The position numbers and the translations under genes are program-made. From the NCBI RefSeq assembly GCF_018977255.1, contig NW_024704747.1:30690001-30754000 (forward strand): DNA of 64,000 bases, in the 5' to 3' direction. Origin of the DNA: Callorhinchus milii (taxonomy: Eukaryota). Below, piece by piece: positions 1 through 12,600 of this stretch. The stretch's first letter is position 1, and each line of letters starts with the position of its first letter. The notes under the pieces were generated by a model that saw only the letters and a list, made by a program, of their open reading frames with translations, searched no databases and was not told the origin of the DNA.

Positions 1-357
1 ACTTCATCAGGTATTTGCAAAAGTGCTTTATTGCTGAATGAGGGTGGTCCAACTGGAGGCCTGAAGGCCACATCCGGCCCCCCATTTTTAGTCATTTGCA
101 AGCGTGTTAATTGAACATATTGTGTTCGCAAGGCAAACTAGTTCTTTTCAAATACCTTTTATAAAAGTGTGTAGCGGAAAATTATTTTGGGTGAGATTAA
201 TGTAAGATTGTAAAGAAACAGCTTAATAAATCATAATACAGTAATGCACATTCAGAAATGCTACATTTCACAGCATCCATTAAACAGCGTTGTAAAGGCA
301 TTCTAGCTTTCCATATGTAGGACAATCCATGATTAAATGTAGAACCTTGTGTGACAG

Positions 358-604
358 GCCGCCCGGTGACTGTGCGAGTGGATGTCAGACAGCTGGAGGA
401 TTACCCCGTGGACTTGTATTATCTCATGGACGTTTCTGCTTCGCTCATTGAAGACCTGGAGAGGATTAAAGAACTGGGTTCTTCTCTATCCACAGAGATG
501 GCCAAACTGACCAGCAACTTTAAACTGGGCTTTGGATCCTTCGTGGAGAAACCAGTTTCTCCTTTTATAAAAACAACTGCTCCAGATTTGGCCAACCCGT
601 GCTG
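358..604 (+). CDS. ITGB6: ITGB6 exon: hybrid/beta-I start, MIDAS DxSxS
   Basis: cag|GC...TG|gtacgc; [20 protein letters not shown]...LANPC. Confidence 0.92.
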
Positions 605-3600
605 GTACGCCATCTGAATTGTTGTGAATGAATGTGTGCATGCTGACCCTGACTGTTAAGTAATGCACAGCTCTGCGTTCAATAGGTGGAGAGAGATGCA
701 AACAGGACCTTGTAAGTAGTAAACAAGCGTTTACTTGTACAAACAACTGTTACTGGTGTCCAACGATGCCTTGTTTAACTAAGCTGCTGCTTCTCTTAAT
801 CGTAATTCAAGCAATGGCAACAGTCCCATCAACGCCACCTTTTCAGGAGACATTTTATGTGCACAAGATACCTGCTCTTTTAGAAACTTCTAAATTTATC
901 TTTAAGAAACTTAGTTAAAACGTAATAACAGTATAAAATGTGTTAGTTTAAGTAAAAACTAATTTAAAAATTTTGTTTTAGTCAGCCGGGTGTCTGACAC
1001 CTACGAAAACCCATCACCGTTGCTTAAGAGGATCCAAACCCAACTGAGAATTTCCCACATCCCACCTACACATGGAAATTCCCAGAGATAGATTGTTGGA
1101 ATGGAATGTGCACTCTCTCTCTTTCTCCCTGGAGGGATGCTTCCTGCTTACCTAATTCCGGACTGTATTAGGCACAGGTTGGCAAGAGCCAAGGCTTGAG
1201 GGAGCCCAGAGTAAACCAATTTAAGTTGCATCAAAGGTATATAATACAAATTGCCGAGCATTGATTTGGAGAATTGATTGTTTGAGCACATTTCTAAATC
1301 TGCAGGAAAGCCTGAAGTAACTTCTAGAACTCTGTTGTTTGGTTTACAATGTGCTCCCTATCTCGTGAGCTCAGGACTATATAGAATTGGAGAACTATAT
1401 TGTATCATGTGTTCTTTTCACACAGGCAACACCATGTGAACTGTTTGCCCCCATTTGGTTACAAACACCTTCTCGCACTAACTGAGGACACCAACAAATT
1501 TAATGAAGTTGTTCAAAAACAAAGCATTTCTGCAAATATCGACATGCTTGAAGCAGGATTTGATGCAATAATGCAAGCAGCTGTGTGTAAGGTAAGCTCA
1601 ACATTTTAACTTGTCTGTTGGGTTAATCGATTGAGGACAAACTGATAAAAATATTTTAAATCTAGTTACCGAAGCATTAAAGGCAAATTGAAATCTATTT
1701 TTCAGGAGAAAATTGGTTGGCGTAATGACTCCTTGCACTTGTTAGTGTTTGTGACCGACGCTGACACCCATTTTGGAATGGACAGCAAGTTGGCTGGAAT
1801 AGTCATCCCTAATGATGGAAAGTGTCACTTAGATAGCAACAGTGAATACTACAAGTCAACAGTCATGGTAAAGAACAACATTTAAAAATCAATAATAGTG
1901 TGTTTACTTGCAGGATATGCATGCTCAAAAGTAAAAGGGAGGTTTTGTGATCTGCAGGAACATTAGGTGTTCAGTTAACCAAGGAGCAACACAACAACAA
2001 ATGACGTTTTACACAGTGCCTTTTATGTCGAGAGGGCGTCCCAAAGCGCTGGACTGTCAAGAATGTGCCCCCAAGCTGGGGGTTGGGACCAGGAGAGGTG
2101 GAGGGCAGGAAGGGTGGGTGTAGGAGGGTAACCAAGGGCGCGGTTGAAGAGAAGGTTCTTGAGACAGGCCTTGAAGGCGGCAAGAGAGGGAGCGAGACCA
2201 AGGGACTGTGGCATTGAGTTCCAAAGGATTGAGGGCAGAGAGGCTGAAGACTTGACCGGGCCAGACCAGGACGGGCAGGCGGGGGATGTGGAACAGCACA
2301 GCAGTGATAGTGCCCATGGAGAGGCTGTGGAGCCCATCATGCTGTTCTCCTGACCAAGATTATAGTTTATGAAAATAAACTTTTTTTAAAGATTGTGTTC
2401 TGATTCACACACTCTAAAGTATATGGATGCTAAGAAATCAGAGTAACAAACAATTCTAAAAACAGCCTTTCAAATGGGCTTCTAGCTCCTGAGATTAAAA
2501 TACTGGGCTTTTATGGAAGTGGGTAATCCTTGATTTTAATATGAACTTTCAGATGATGCATTGGCGCCTGTTAATGGTGCAGTAACAGTAAAGTTGGTGA
2601 ATTGGTTATGTATGTGGTTGATCTGGTTACATTGTAATCATACAAATACATCATTGTGTATTATCTGTGGGTTTGCTTCAAGCACGCACAGAAACACAAT
2701 GCCAATGATTATTATCTCCTGTCCAGTCTTATTCCAACATGTTTAGGAATTGTAAAGAGATCAAATCCACTGCCATGTTTGTGAGGATAGGTTTGAAGTT
2801 TATTGTTCTAACAACGGTTGGAATTGAAGCATTTATTGTAATATCAAAGTAGATTGGTAACCTATGGTGACAAATGTCGCAGTTCCTAAAATGCTGTAAA
2901 AACAGTCAAATCATCAGGTCAATTTGCTAGGTTATTGCCCGAAGCAGTTGGAATAAGCTGAGAGGTATTGGATGTTGCCATGTACCCTGGCTATAATAGC
3001 GTTTTATACTGCGAGAGACACAGAGCCAGTTCATCTGTAATCCTCTGAGGCCATTCGTGTTCGGCAATGAGTTCTAGTCGCTTCACACAGTGACAACACA
3101 GAAGCTATTTCACAAGAAAAACTCCCAATGTGCGTGTAAATTACTGTCTAGTTAAAAAAAACTATATTAAGTCAGCATTTGAAAAGACTACATCAGCATA
3201 TTTCTTTGAAGAAACTTTTTTCCAAGTTGTACATGACAACTTTGTTTTCTGATCTGGTCAAGTAATAATAATAATCCTTGTATTTGATATAGCGCTTTAT
3301 CATGTCATTGAGGCATCTCAAAGCGCTTCCCAGGATGTAGAGTAAAGTGAGTTGACCGTATTTTGTGGGCAAAATAAGTAAATGAAAAGGTAAGTGAAAA
3401 TGGCATCTGCCATGTGCTAGGCTAGGCTCCAGCCAGGCTCAGGCCAACAATGACCAGTTCTGCCCAAGGCAGAGGGAGGCACTATTAGTGATGCTGTCTG
3501 TGGTATTGCTCCTCTCCAGAGGGAGATCAAGATAACAGCAGCTTCATTTATGACGAGTGCTGTAATCTGGCCTGGTGAGCCAGTGTGGGAACCTCACTCA

Positions 3601-6600
3601 CAGCCTTGGGTGGCCTGACGTCTCCTGATAGGAATGTACAGAATCGTAAAAGCTCATTGTGTGCATCTGTCTGGTCCCAAAGCCACATACATTCTTACAC
3701 AGATTATATTAGGTTATAAGCAAAGACACAAAAGAAAATGACTCCAAATATCTCTGGAATTTCCATGTGTAGGTGGGATGCATGGAATTCTCAATTGGGT
3801 TTGGAGATTCTTAAATGCAATGATGCGTTTCTGCACGCGTCAGACACCCGGCTGACCAAAATAAACAGTAACACAATTATGGAAAATGTTTAAATATATA
3901 CAAAACTGTGTAGTTTTAGTAAAATACATATTCAATGTTTTACTTAAAGGAATATCCCTCACTTGGACAACTGATAGAAAAGCTTGTGGAAAATAATATT
4001 CTATTGATTTTCGCTGTGACCGACAAGCAGGTGAACGTATATAAGGTAAGGTGTACTGATTATGGAAAAACTCTGGAGCATTAAGGTGATTGTGTATTGT
4101 AAATTACGATTGCTCATTCAGGGTTGACAGTACTAAAGTGTAGACCATGTGCTTTTACCCAATTTTCATAACTTGAGGGAACAGATAAGCACTTGCATCA
4201 TGGCACAGGTCTGATGAAAATAGCACAAATTCAATAATCTATTATTTATATAGTTTAATTTCTGAGAAATTGTAAACTTTTGTGAACTCCAGCAAATGAT
4301 TGACCAAAATATACAATGGCTGTGACCTTGGTTTATTACGATAAATATTCAACATACAAAGAATAATCCAGAACTATTAACAGCGTGAACAGTAAAACTA
4401 ACAATAACTTTAACAATAAAATCTTCCTGTCAATCAGTGCAGAGCATTGATTATGGATTATTTACAGCTGGAATATGGTACGTGTCTCCCCACAGGTCAG
4501 CTCGCAGCATGGCCAGGGGCCAGGGTTCTGGTGCCTGTGTTGGGAACTCCTGGCCCACCCTCATGTGCTTGTTGTAGACAGACAGATTCCTCTGTGTCTT
4601 GGTCTGCACTTGGCGGGTTCGTCATGTCTCTCCTCCGTGTCTTTGAGCCATATCTTTGATAATTTGTAACCAATTAATAGCAGTAAGTCTTGTTTATACA
4701 TGGTGCGGCACTAACATTGTCCTCGAGACTGACTGTAACTGTGACCTTGGTACAAACAGTCTGAATGTGGTCTGAATAAGCCTCCAGGAGTTCAGACAGA
4801 GTCAGTCTACCTCACACGTCTATTGTTGCCTCGATTTTTGCAGTTGTCAATTCCAAAAGAACTCAACTTTGCTCTATGAATCAGAGGAAATTGATCTTGG
4901 AATGTTATCATTGATTGCATAAGAGGTAATTTGCTTGGTTCTTGGTTGGAAGTTTCAAAAATTAGATATACAAATATAAATATAAAACTCACAGTATTGA
5001 GTGTTTGTTACCTGTTTGTCATTTCCACTAGTTACTATATTTGTTGCTGTCATCACATCAATACTCATATATATAATGTTTTTCTCACAGAATTATGTGA
5101 ACTTTATTCCTGGTGCCACAGTGGACATGCTAGAAAAAGATTCTGAAAATATCCTTCAATTGATTATCAAAGCCTACAAGGTACTTCCGCAGTTTTTAAT
5201 ATCAAATAAAAAATATGTGAGAGAAAGATAATCTCCATGTTCTGAACTGGTCTCAAGCAGTTTGTGAGCTAAATGCAAAGTGAGTTTTATAATGTCCTGA
5301 TTAAGCTCTTATTTCACTTCAAGAATGCAGTTGAGGCTCAATGGTTTTATACTAATTAGAATAGATACCTCAAAGCCTCACAAACTGCTCCTGACTGTAA
5401 AGTCACCTCCTGACTAGAATTACAGCCTGAAACTCTCATTCAACAACAATTTGCATTGGCACAGCTCCCCCTCATGCAGGGCAATGTCCCAGAGCATGTG
5501 ACACTGGCAGAGAACGACACCGAGCCAGGGGGAGGGAGGGGGAGGTGACGGTTGAGAAGGAAGGTCTTCAGGCGTGCCCGGAAGATGGGGAAGGAGGGGG
5601 ACAGGTGGAGGGATTGAGGAAGAGTGTTCAAGAGTTTGGGGGGGTAGTGGCTGAAAGTGCAGCCACCAATGGTGGAACAGAGGCCATGAGGGATAAGCAG
5701 GAGCCTGGAGCCAGTCAAGCGGAGGCAGCGGGTAATGGGTGGGGAGTGAGTCGGTCAAACATTCCCTTATTGGCAAAAGTTCAGGTATAGAGTTAATCAT
5801 CATCTGCTAAACTGACTTTGTTGGAGCTGCAGTCGATTCCAGACTTGCCTCATTGTCGTTCACGTACACATTCTTTGGGACTTTTGTATTCTCATCAACT
5901 CATCATCTCCTAAGGCTCACAGCTACACCTTGTTGTGCTGCCACCTCAAAAACACACGCTGCAAATTACTCTTATTCCAGTCAAGGTGCCTTGGCTTCTT
6001 GTTAATATTGGGGAGTAAATGCTGGAGGTAAACACTATTGCTTTGTCAGAGAGACATAAATTCATGGAAGTCTCTTTCTTTCTTGCTTGTTTTCTCTCTC
6101 TCTCTAATTGCCTGATTCACAGTCTGAAGGTAAGGACAGGGACAGGTTTATGCAAGCCATGTCTGCTTTTAAAACTAGCAACATCAAAGCTCTATTTACC
6201 TGTAGCAATAGTGTTTAACATTTATAATGAGCTGCTGCATACCAACCGTTCATTTCCCTACTAAATTCTTCAATGAAAAGTGTGGGTAAAGTTGGCTCAG
6301 GAATGAAAGTTATTAGATTCTGCATCTTGGGTTACAAGATTAACACTGAGATCCAAGATTATAAAACTAGTTTAATTAATACTTTGTCATGTTATTTTCT
6401 CTGTATTGTGATATTTGAAATTAATATCCAAGTTCAAATTCAGGTATGTCTTAATTTGAATTTAAACCCAATGTTCATGTTTAAAAGTCAGTGTCAAACA
6501 GTTGAAAGTTAACCACAGAATCAATAAAAAAACTTTACCCATCTTTCTAGGTCTTCCCTCCCTGTCTCCCTCCTTTCCCGCCCCTCCCTGTCCCTTTCCC

Positions 6601-9600
6601 TCCCTCCATTGTCCTCAGACTTGCCCTGACTGAGAGTGCAGGGCCCTTCAGTTTTTAATTAGTGACCAGATTGACAGGACATTAATTCAGCTGAAGTCTT
6701 TCTCTGACAAAGCGCGTGCTTCCCAACAGGGAATGACTGAAACCAGAAACTCCGTGTGGGAAATTACAGTGAGATTCTGCATCTAACCAGTCATTTCACA
6801 TTGAGTGATGGTCTAATTACCGTACCCACAAGATGTTAAAAACAGATTTTTGGGGACGATTTAAATAAGATGAGTTGGATCTACAAACTTTGAAACTACA
6901 CTGTAATGTACATCTTGTACAAGTGTCTGATATCAGCTGTAGAAACAAAATATACTACCTGTTATATTTTATTCCCAGCACTGACATCACAAGAAAACAC
7001 TACCAATTTTAGGGTGCTTCTTAAGGAAAGTGGATCTAATTTTACATTTACAAAGAGTGTTTTTTTACATTGCCATTCAGCTTTCTTTAAGAGGATTTTG
7101 ATAGCTGCTGGGATTGCAAATATAGAAAAAAAATAATGGTTAACTATTTTAACAACAACTTGAATTCCTATAGCCCCCTCATGAAGGGGAGTGTCCTGGA
7201 GCGCTGGACTATTGTAAATATATTATTAGTACTTTGTAAAACTTAGCAAAACTTAATTGTTTGTATTTCAGAAAAAGCCACAATCCTCTGGTCGCTATGT
7301 ATCTTTCTCTTGTATTGTGAAAGTCAGTTGTTTGTGGTGCACAAAATTGAAGAAGTTGCTACAAACACATTCTCCCATAAAATGCTACTCTCTCACGGAG
7401 GTTTAACATCAGCACATAAAACCCTCCATCCCTACCAGACACTGAACACTCGATTCTTATTGACACACAGAGAGATTGTACAATATAAAATTCTAATGAA
7501 TGAAACAACCTTTCCTGTGTTCCCAGGAACTGCGTTCTGAGGTAGAAATGGAAGTCACGGGAGACACTGAGGGAGTAAGAATGTCTTTCACTGCTATTTG
7601 TCAGGACGGCACCATCCACCCTGGGCAGCGGAAATGTTCCCATCTCCACCTCGGGGATATGGTGTGTATTGGGTTTTAAAGCTAATTTTAAATGTCCTGA
7701 GCATGTTGATTTTTTTACTTTGAACCCATAATAATTATTATAATAATAATCCTTTCGCCCACAAAACATACAGTCACTCCATTTTACAGTATTGAAGCGC
7801 TTTGAGACATCTCGAAGACGTGATAAAGTGCTGTATCAAATGTAAGGATTATTAATATGATCCTTACAGTTGTTACAGTGGCTTTCATGCTGGAAAGAGT
7901 CTCAAAGCACTTCACGGGATATACTGTAAAATGGAATGACTGTGTTTTGTAACAAGTAACCTGGCTGCCATTATTATCCAAACAAGAGTTCAGTAAAAGA
8001 TACAGTAACGTTACTACAGTGATAGCAGCATCATAATAATAATACTAATAGCATCATAAATCATCATAAAGTGTAATTCAATTGAAGTGCCTTAATAATA
8101 ATAATAATAAGTGCCTTATTTCCTAATAGTGATGTCTCTCTTACTCACATCTGCCACAGACCAGATGTTGCTGATCTAATCAATGTGGGTTAGAGACACA
8201 GCTGCCTATACCTTGCGCTAAAAAGTCAACATTGTGAGAGGAGATAAACACCTCAACTAATTCCACTTACTATTTCTTCTGTCAGGAGGATCCATTTGCC
8301 ACAGAAACTACCTAGTAACTGATTTTGCCACCCCACTGGAAACAGACTGTTGTCATTCAGTATTGTGGTGTGTTACACAGGGCCACAAGCTTACAGCACT
8401 TCCCCATCACTGGTAACACATAGCGTGAAGCATAGTAAAGTTGCTGGCACGACAGAGGAATTGTTTATCATCAAAAAATAAAACTTCACGTTAACAATTA
8501 ATATTGAAATGTAGAAACCACATCAACAGAATTTATAATACATATGTTTAAGTGACTATTCATGGCAGTAACTTCTGTCGACTTGTCAAGGCTAACATAA
8601 TCATATAGAATAATAATCCTTGCATTCAATATAGCACCTTATCATGTCTTCGAGACGTCTCAAAGCGCTTCACAGAATATATTGTAAAGTGAATTGGATG
8701 TTCTAGATGAAAAATGCCGAATTTGATATTCTTTATTAGCATTTACAAATGAGACGTTAAAGTACTATTTTTATTCGACTTCAGGTTTCTTTCAACGTGA
8801 CGATAGAATTGGCCGAATGTTTGAAGAAACCCAAGCACATCGTCATCAAGCCTGTGGGATTGAGAGACACCCTGGAGATTGAGATACAAGCAGCTTGTAG
8901 CTGCCAATGCCAGGCCAGAGCAGAACACAACAGCTCTAAATGCAGCGATGGCAATGGCTCTTTTCAGTGTGGAGTTTGTGTCTGTGATGCTGGTCGATTG
9001 GGTCCTCACTGTGAATGTACCGAGGACAGTATACATACAAGCACCTGCAAACACAGCTGGGCTAACACTACCTGCAATAGCCGAGGAGACTGCTACTGTG
9101 GGCAGTGTGTCTGTCACCTCTCCGAGTTTGGGCGTATATACGGTGCCTTGTGCCAGTGTGATGACTTCTCCTGCGTCAGGTTCAAAGGGCTCCAGTGTGG
9201 AGGTAAGTAACGCTTCATTTTCAAACAGTTATTACTTTGCAGACAATTTGTTTGCAGACAATAACATTCAGGTTTTGCAATATAAAAAAACATCTATTCA
9301 AAACATAATAATGATTTGGTCACTTCAATCCATGACTGTTTGTGGGATGCAATTGGCTGCCACATTTTGCCCACAAAATATACAGTCAATTCACTTTACA
9401 GAATATCCTGTGAAGCGTTTTGAGACGTCTTGAAGATGTGATAAAACATTGTATCAAATGCAAGGCTTATTAACTCTACTGTATTGCTGAATTTAAAGCC
9501 ATGTTTGTATATAAACATATTAAATATTCAAAGCTGACAGAGACTCACATTAATACAGTACACCATCACTGAGTATCGCTGGAGCTTGCTATAGTCTACA

Positions 9601-12600
9601 TTCTGCAGAATCTGATGAATTAAATTGGTCTGTAATATTTCATAGAGGAGCAGCAAAGGTATTTCAACGAAGCCTTAACAAAAAATAATTCATGTGTTAA
9701 ATTGTCATGAAGAGGCTGGGCACAGAGACTAACCTCAGTGTTTGCACTTAATTGGTTTTTGCTCATCCACATACCAACATCAACATGTTTGAAATTGAAA
9801 CATGTTAGAAGGATTGAGTCACATTTTCAGGTGGTATCTGTGTGCCGGCAGCTATTACTACAGCTGTGTCTCTATACAAACCGCGGCTTTCATTAACAGT
9901 AACAATACAATCAGCAACAAGACAGACGTCACTGGGAACACGCAACAGGTCAGGCAGCATCTATGGAGAAATGAAAGTGAGTCAACGTTTCGGGCCTATG
10001 ATCCTTCATCAGAAGGAACGAAGGGTCGCGGACCCGAAACGTTGACTCACTATCCTTTCTCCACAGATGCTGCCTGACCTGCTGAGGGTTCCCAGCCACG
10101 TCGGTGTTTGTTTCAGATTTCCAGCATCTGCAGCATTTTACATTTTGAATACAATCAGCAAGTCTGTTTAAACATTTAATTGTTTTTAAAAAATTACCAT
10201 TGTTTTCTTATGATCAGCCATGACCTAATAGAATGGCAGAACAGGCTTGAGGGGCTGAATGGCCTCCTCCTGTTCCTGTGTTCCAATGTTCTCATTTTAG
10301 ATTTGCTGCCTTAGCATGTGAAAAGCCTTTTTAGGGAGATAAATGCCTTCCTCCCTCCCCCACCTCTTGGGACCTGAATGCTCACTGAACGATGTGACCG
10401 TCTTCAAGCAGAATTTTTGGAAAATGTACAATAATTCCTAAATTGCAATTCAGTTATGGTTTGTGCTGCTCGTGTTCTGTCAGGCGCTCTGGGACGCTAC
10501 CCTGCGTTAGGGGCGCTATCGATATACGTGCTAGTTGTTGTTGTTGCTGGTTCAATTCCTATCTCTCTCACCGTCTCCACTTTGTTGCCTCTAACAGTTT
10601 CTCCTCCAGCCCCCGCACTGTCACATCTGCCGTCCCCCAGGGCTCTGTCCTTGTCTCCTCTTTACTATCTACATGCTCCCCCTCGGTGACATCATCCGCA
10701 GACATGGGGTCAACTTCCACATGTATGCGGATGGCACCCAACTCTATCTTTCTGCCTCCACTCTCAACTCCAGGACCACTGCTGTCCTCCCAGACTGCCT
10801 GTCGGACATCAAGTCCTGGATGAGGGCAAACTTCCTGCAGTTGAATGTGAACAAGACTGAGGCCCTCCTGATCGCACCTCAGGTTCTGGCAACATCAACC
10901 TCCATAGTTCCACACTTCAACTCACCAGCCAGTCAGGAACCTGGGTGTCTTGTTCGACCCTCAACTGTCTTTTCTTCCCCACATCCAAGCCATGACCCGC
11001 TCTGCCTTCCCTCACCTCTGTAATATCACCTGACTCCGCCACTACCTCACCCCTCAGGCCACTGAAACTCTTGTTCATGCCTTCATCACCTCCAGGCTCG
11101 ACTATGCAAACACTCTGCTTGTCGGCCTTCCCAACTCCTCCCTCCACAGGCTGCAGATAATCCAGAACTCTGCAGCCTACGTCCTCTCCCTCATCAAGCT
11201 CCGTGACCCCATCTCCCCCATTCTCGCCCGACTTCATTGGCTCCCTATCCTTCAGAGGATCCAGTTCAAAATCCTGCTCCTCACATACAAAGCCCTCCAT
11301 GGCCTCGCCCCAACCTATCTCTATGACCTCCTAATCCCTTACCAACCTGCCTGTTCCCTCCACTCAGCCGGCTCTGGCTGCTCCACGTCCCTTGACCCAC
11401 CCGCCCCACCATTGGTGGGAGAGCCTTCAGCCACTCTGCCCCAAACCTCTGGAGCTCCATCCCCAAATCACTCCGCCTCGTCCCTTCCTTAGCCTCCTTC
11501 AAGTCCCGCCTCAAGACCCTCCTCTTCGACCATGACATCGGCCACCCCCCTTCCCCTCCCCACCATTCCCCTCCCGACCCCAGCTCGGGTCTGAAATGCT
11601 GTCACTGTTCAACGCCTTGGGACGTCCTCCTGATGTGAAAGGCGCTATACAAATGTAATCTTGTTGTTGTCCCAGACAGGAGGTTAAAGAAAAGCTGAAT
11701 TGGGTGTCTTGCTAACAACAACAACTTTGGGTTTATATAGTGCCCATCATGCAGGGCAGTAGCTCGGAGACTTATCACTCTGTGTGAGGTGTTACAGTCT
11801 GTTTATTTCTGACATTGATTTAAAATTATGTTTCACTGGTTTTAATTCAGTTAGACCGAAATAAAGCCTGAATCGTGAACACTGGCAACTGACTGATTGC
11901 TCAGAATGACTGACAATTGATACCTTGACAAGTTAGTGTGATAGTATCAGAGACAGAAAACAAAGCACTTGGCTGTGGGTGGGTGGTAAAAGCACACAGT
12001 AGCGCAAGGTAATTACTATCCCCATCAGGGCTGTTTTCAAAAACCTGCCATTAAAAAATGCTTGGGTTTCTCTTACAATGTTCAGACATTATAATGCCTT
12101 ACGCTGTGAATAATTTTGTTTTATGCTTTGAAGTGACTCCAGAACCTTGTGTTTAAATACGCTCCACTTTTCCCCCCAGTTACTGTGAACATGTATCTGC
12201 CCGATTCCTACCCTCAAACAATACAAATCCGATTATTGAGAAGATTTTTTTGATTGACAGGACGGGGTGCAGTCACTGTCCTTTTTGCCCTTGTCACACA
12301 TGATGTTCATTACTAAAAAAAATTGGGATCGATTGTCAATATCGATATGAACCCTGGACTTTCTGCTGAGCAGATACATATCCATCTGCCCAGGGAATGA
12401 AAATCAGGAGGGAGGCTATGTTAGAAGCTTGTGTCCTGAAGCAAAGAAAATTCCAATACAAAAATGAGTTTTGTGCTGTAATATTTTGTTGGTGTAGATT
12501 TCTCTTAGATAAATTGTGTAGATTTACAGCAGTGTGAAATCAGAGCCTGCACTCCCTCATCAGCCACACTCATTACTGTCCTTCAGACACTCAGACACAC

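Noticed and set aside
40-85. hAT/Charlie-like terminal sequence (agggtggtccaac...ggccacatccggccc)
   Set aside because: Short, with no matching opposite end or TSD found; cannot be supported.
9080-9092. RGD tripeptide inside ITGB6 I-EGF2
   Set aside because: Part of the CxxRGxCxCG EGF pattern and, from memory, also present in human beta6; not novel.
8743-9433. Long overlapping ORFs (8743-9117 minus, 8879-9433 plus)
   Set aside because: Shadow frames of the Cys-rich ITGB6 exon with no recognisable protein features.
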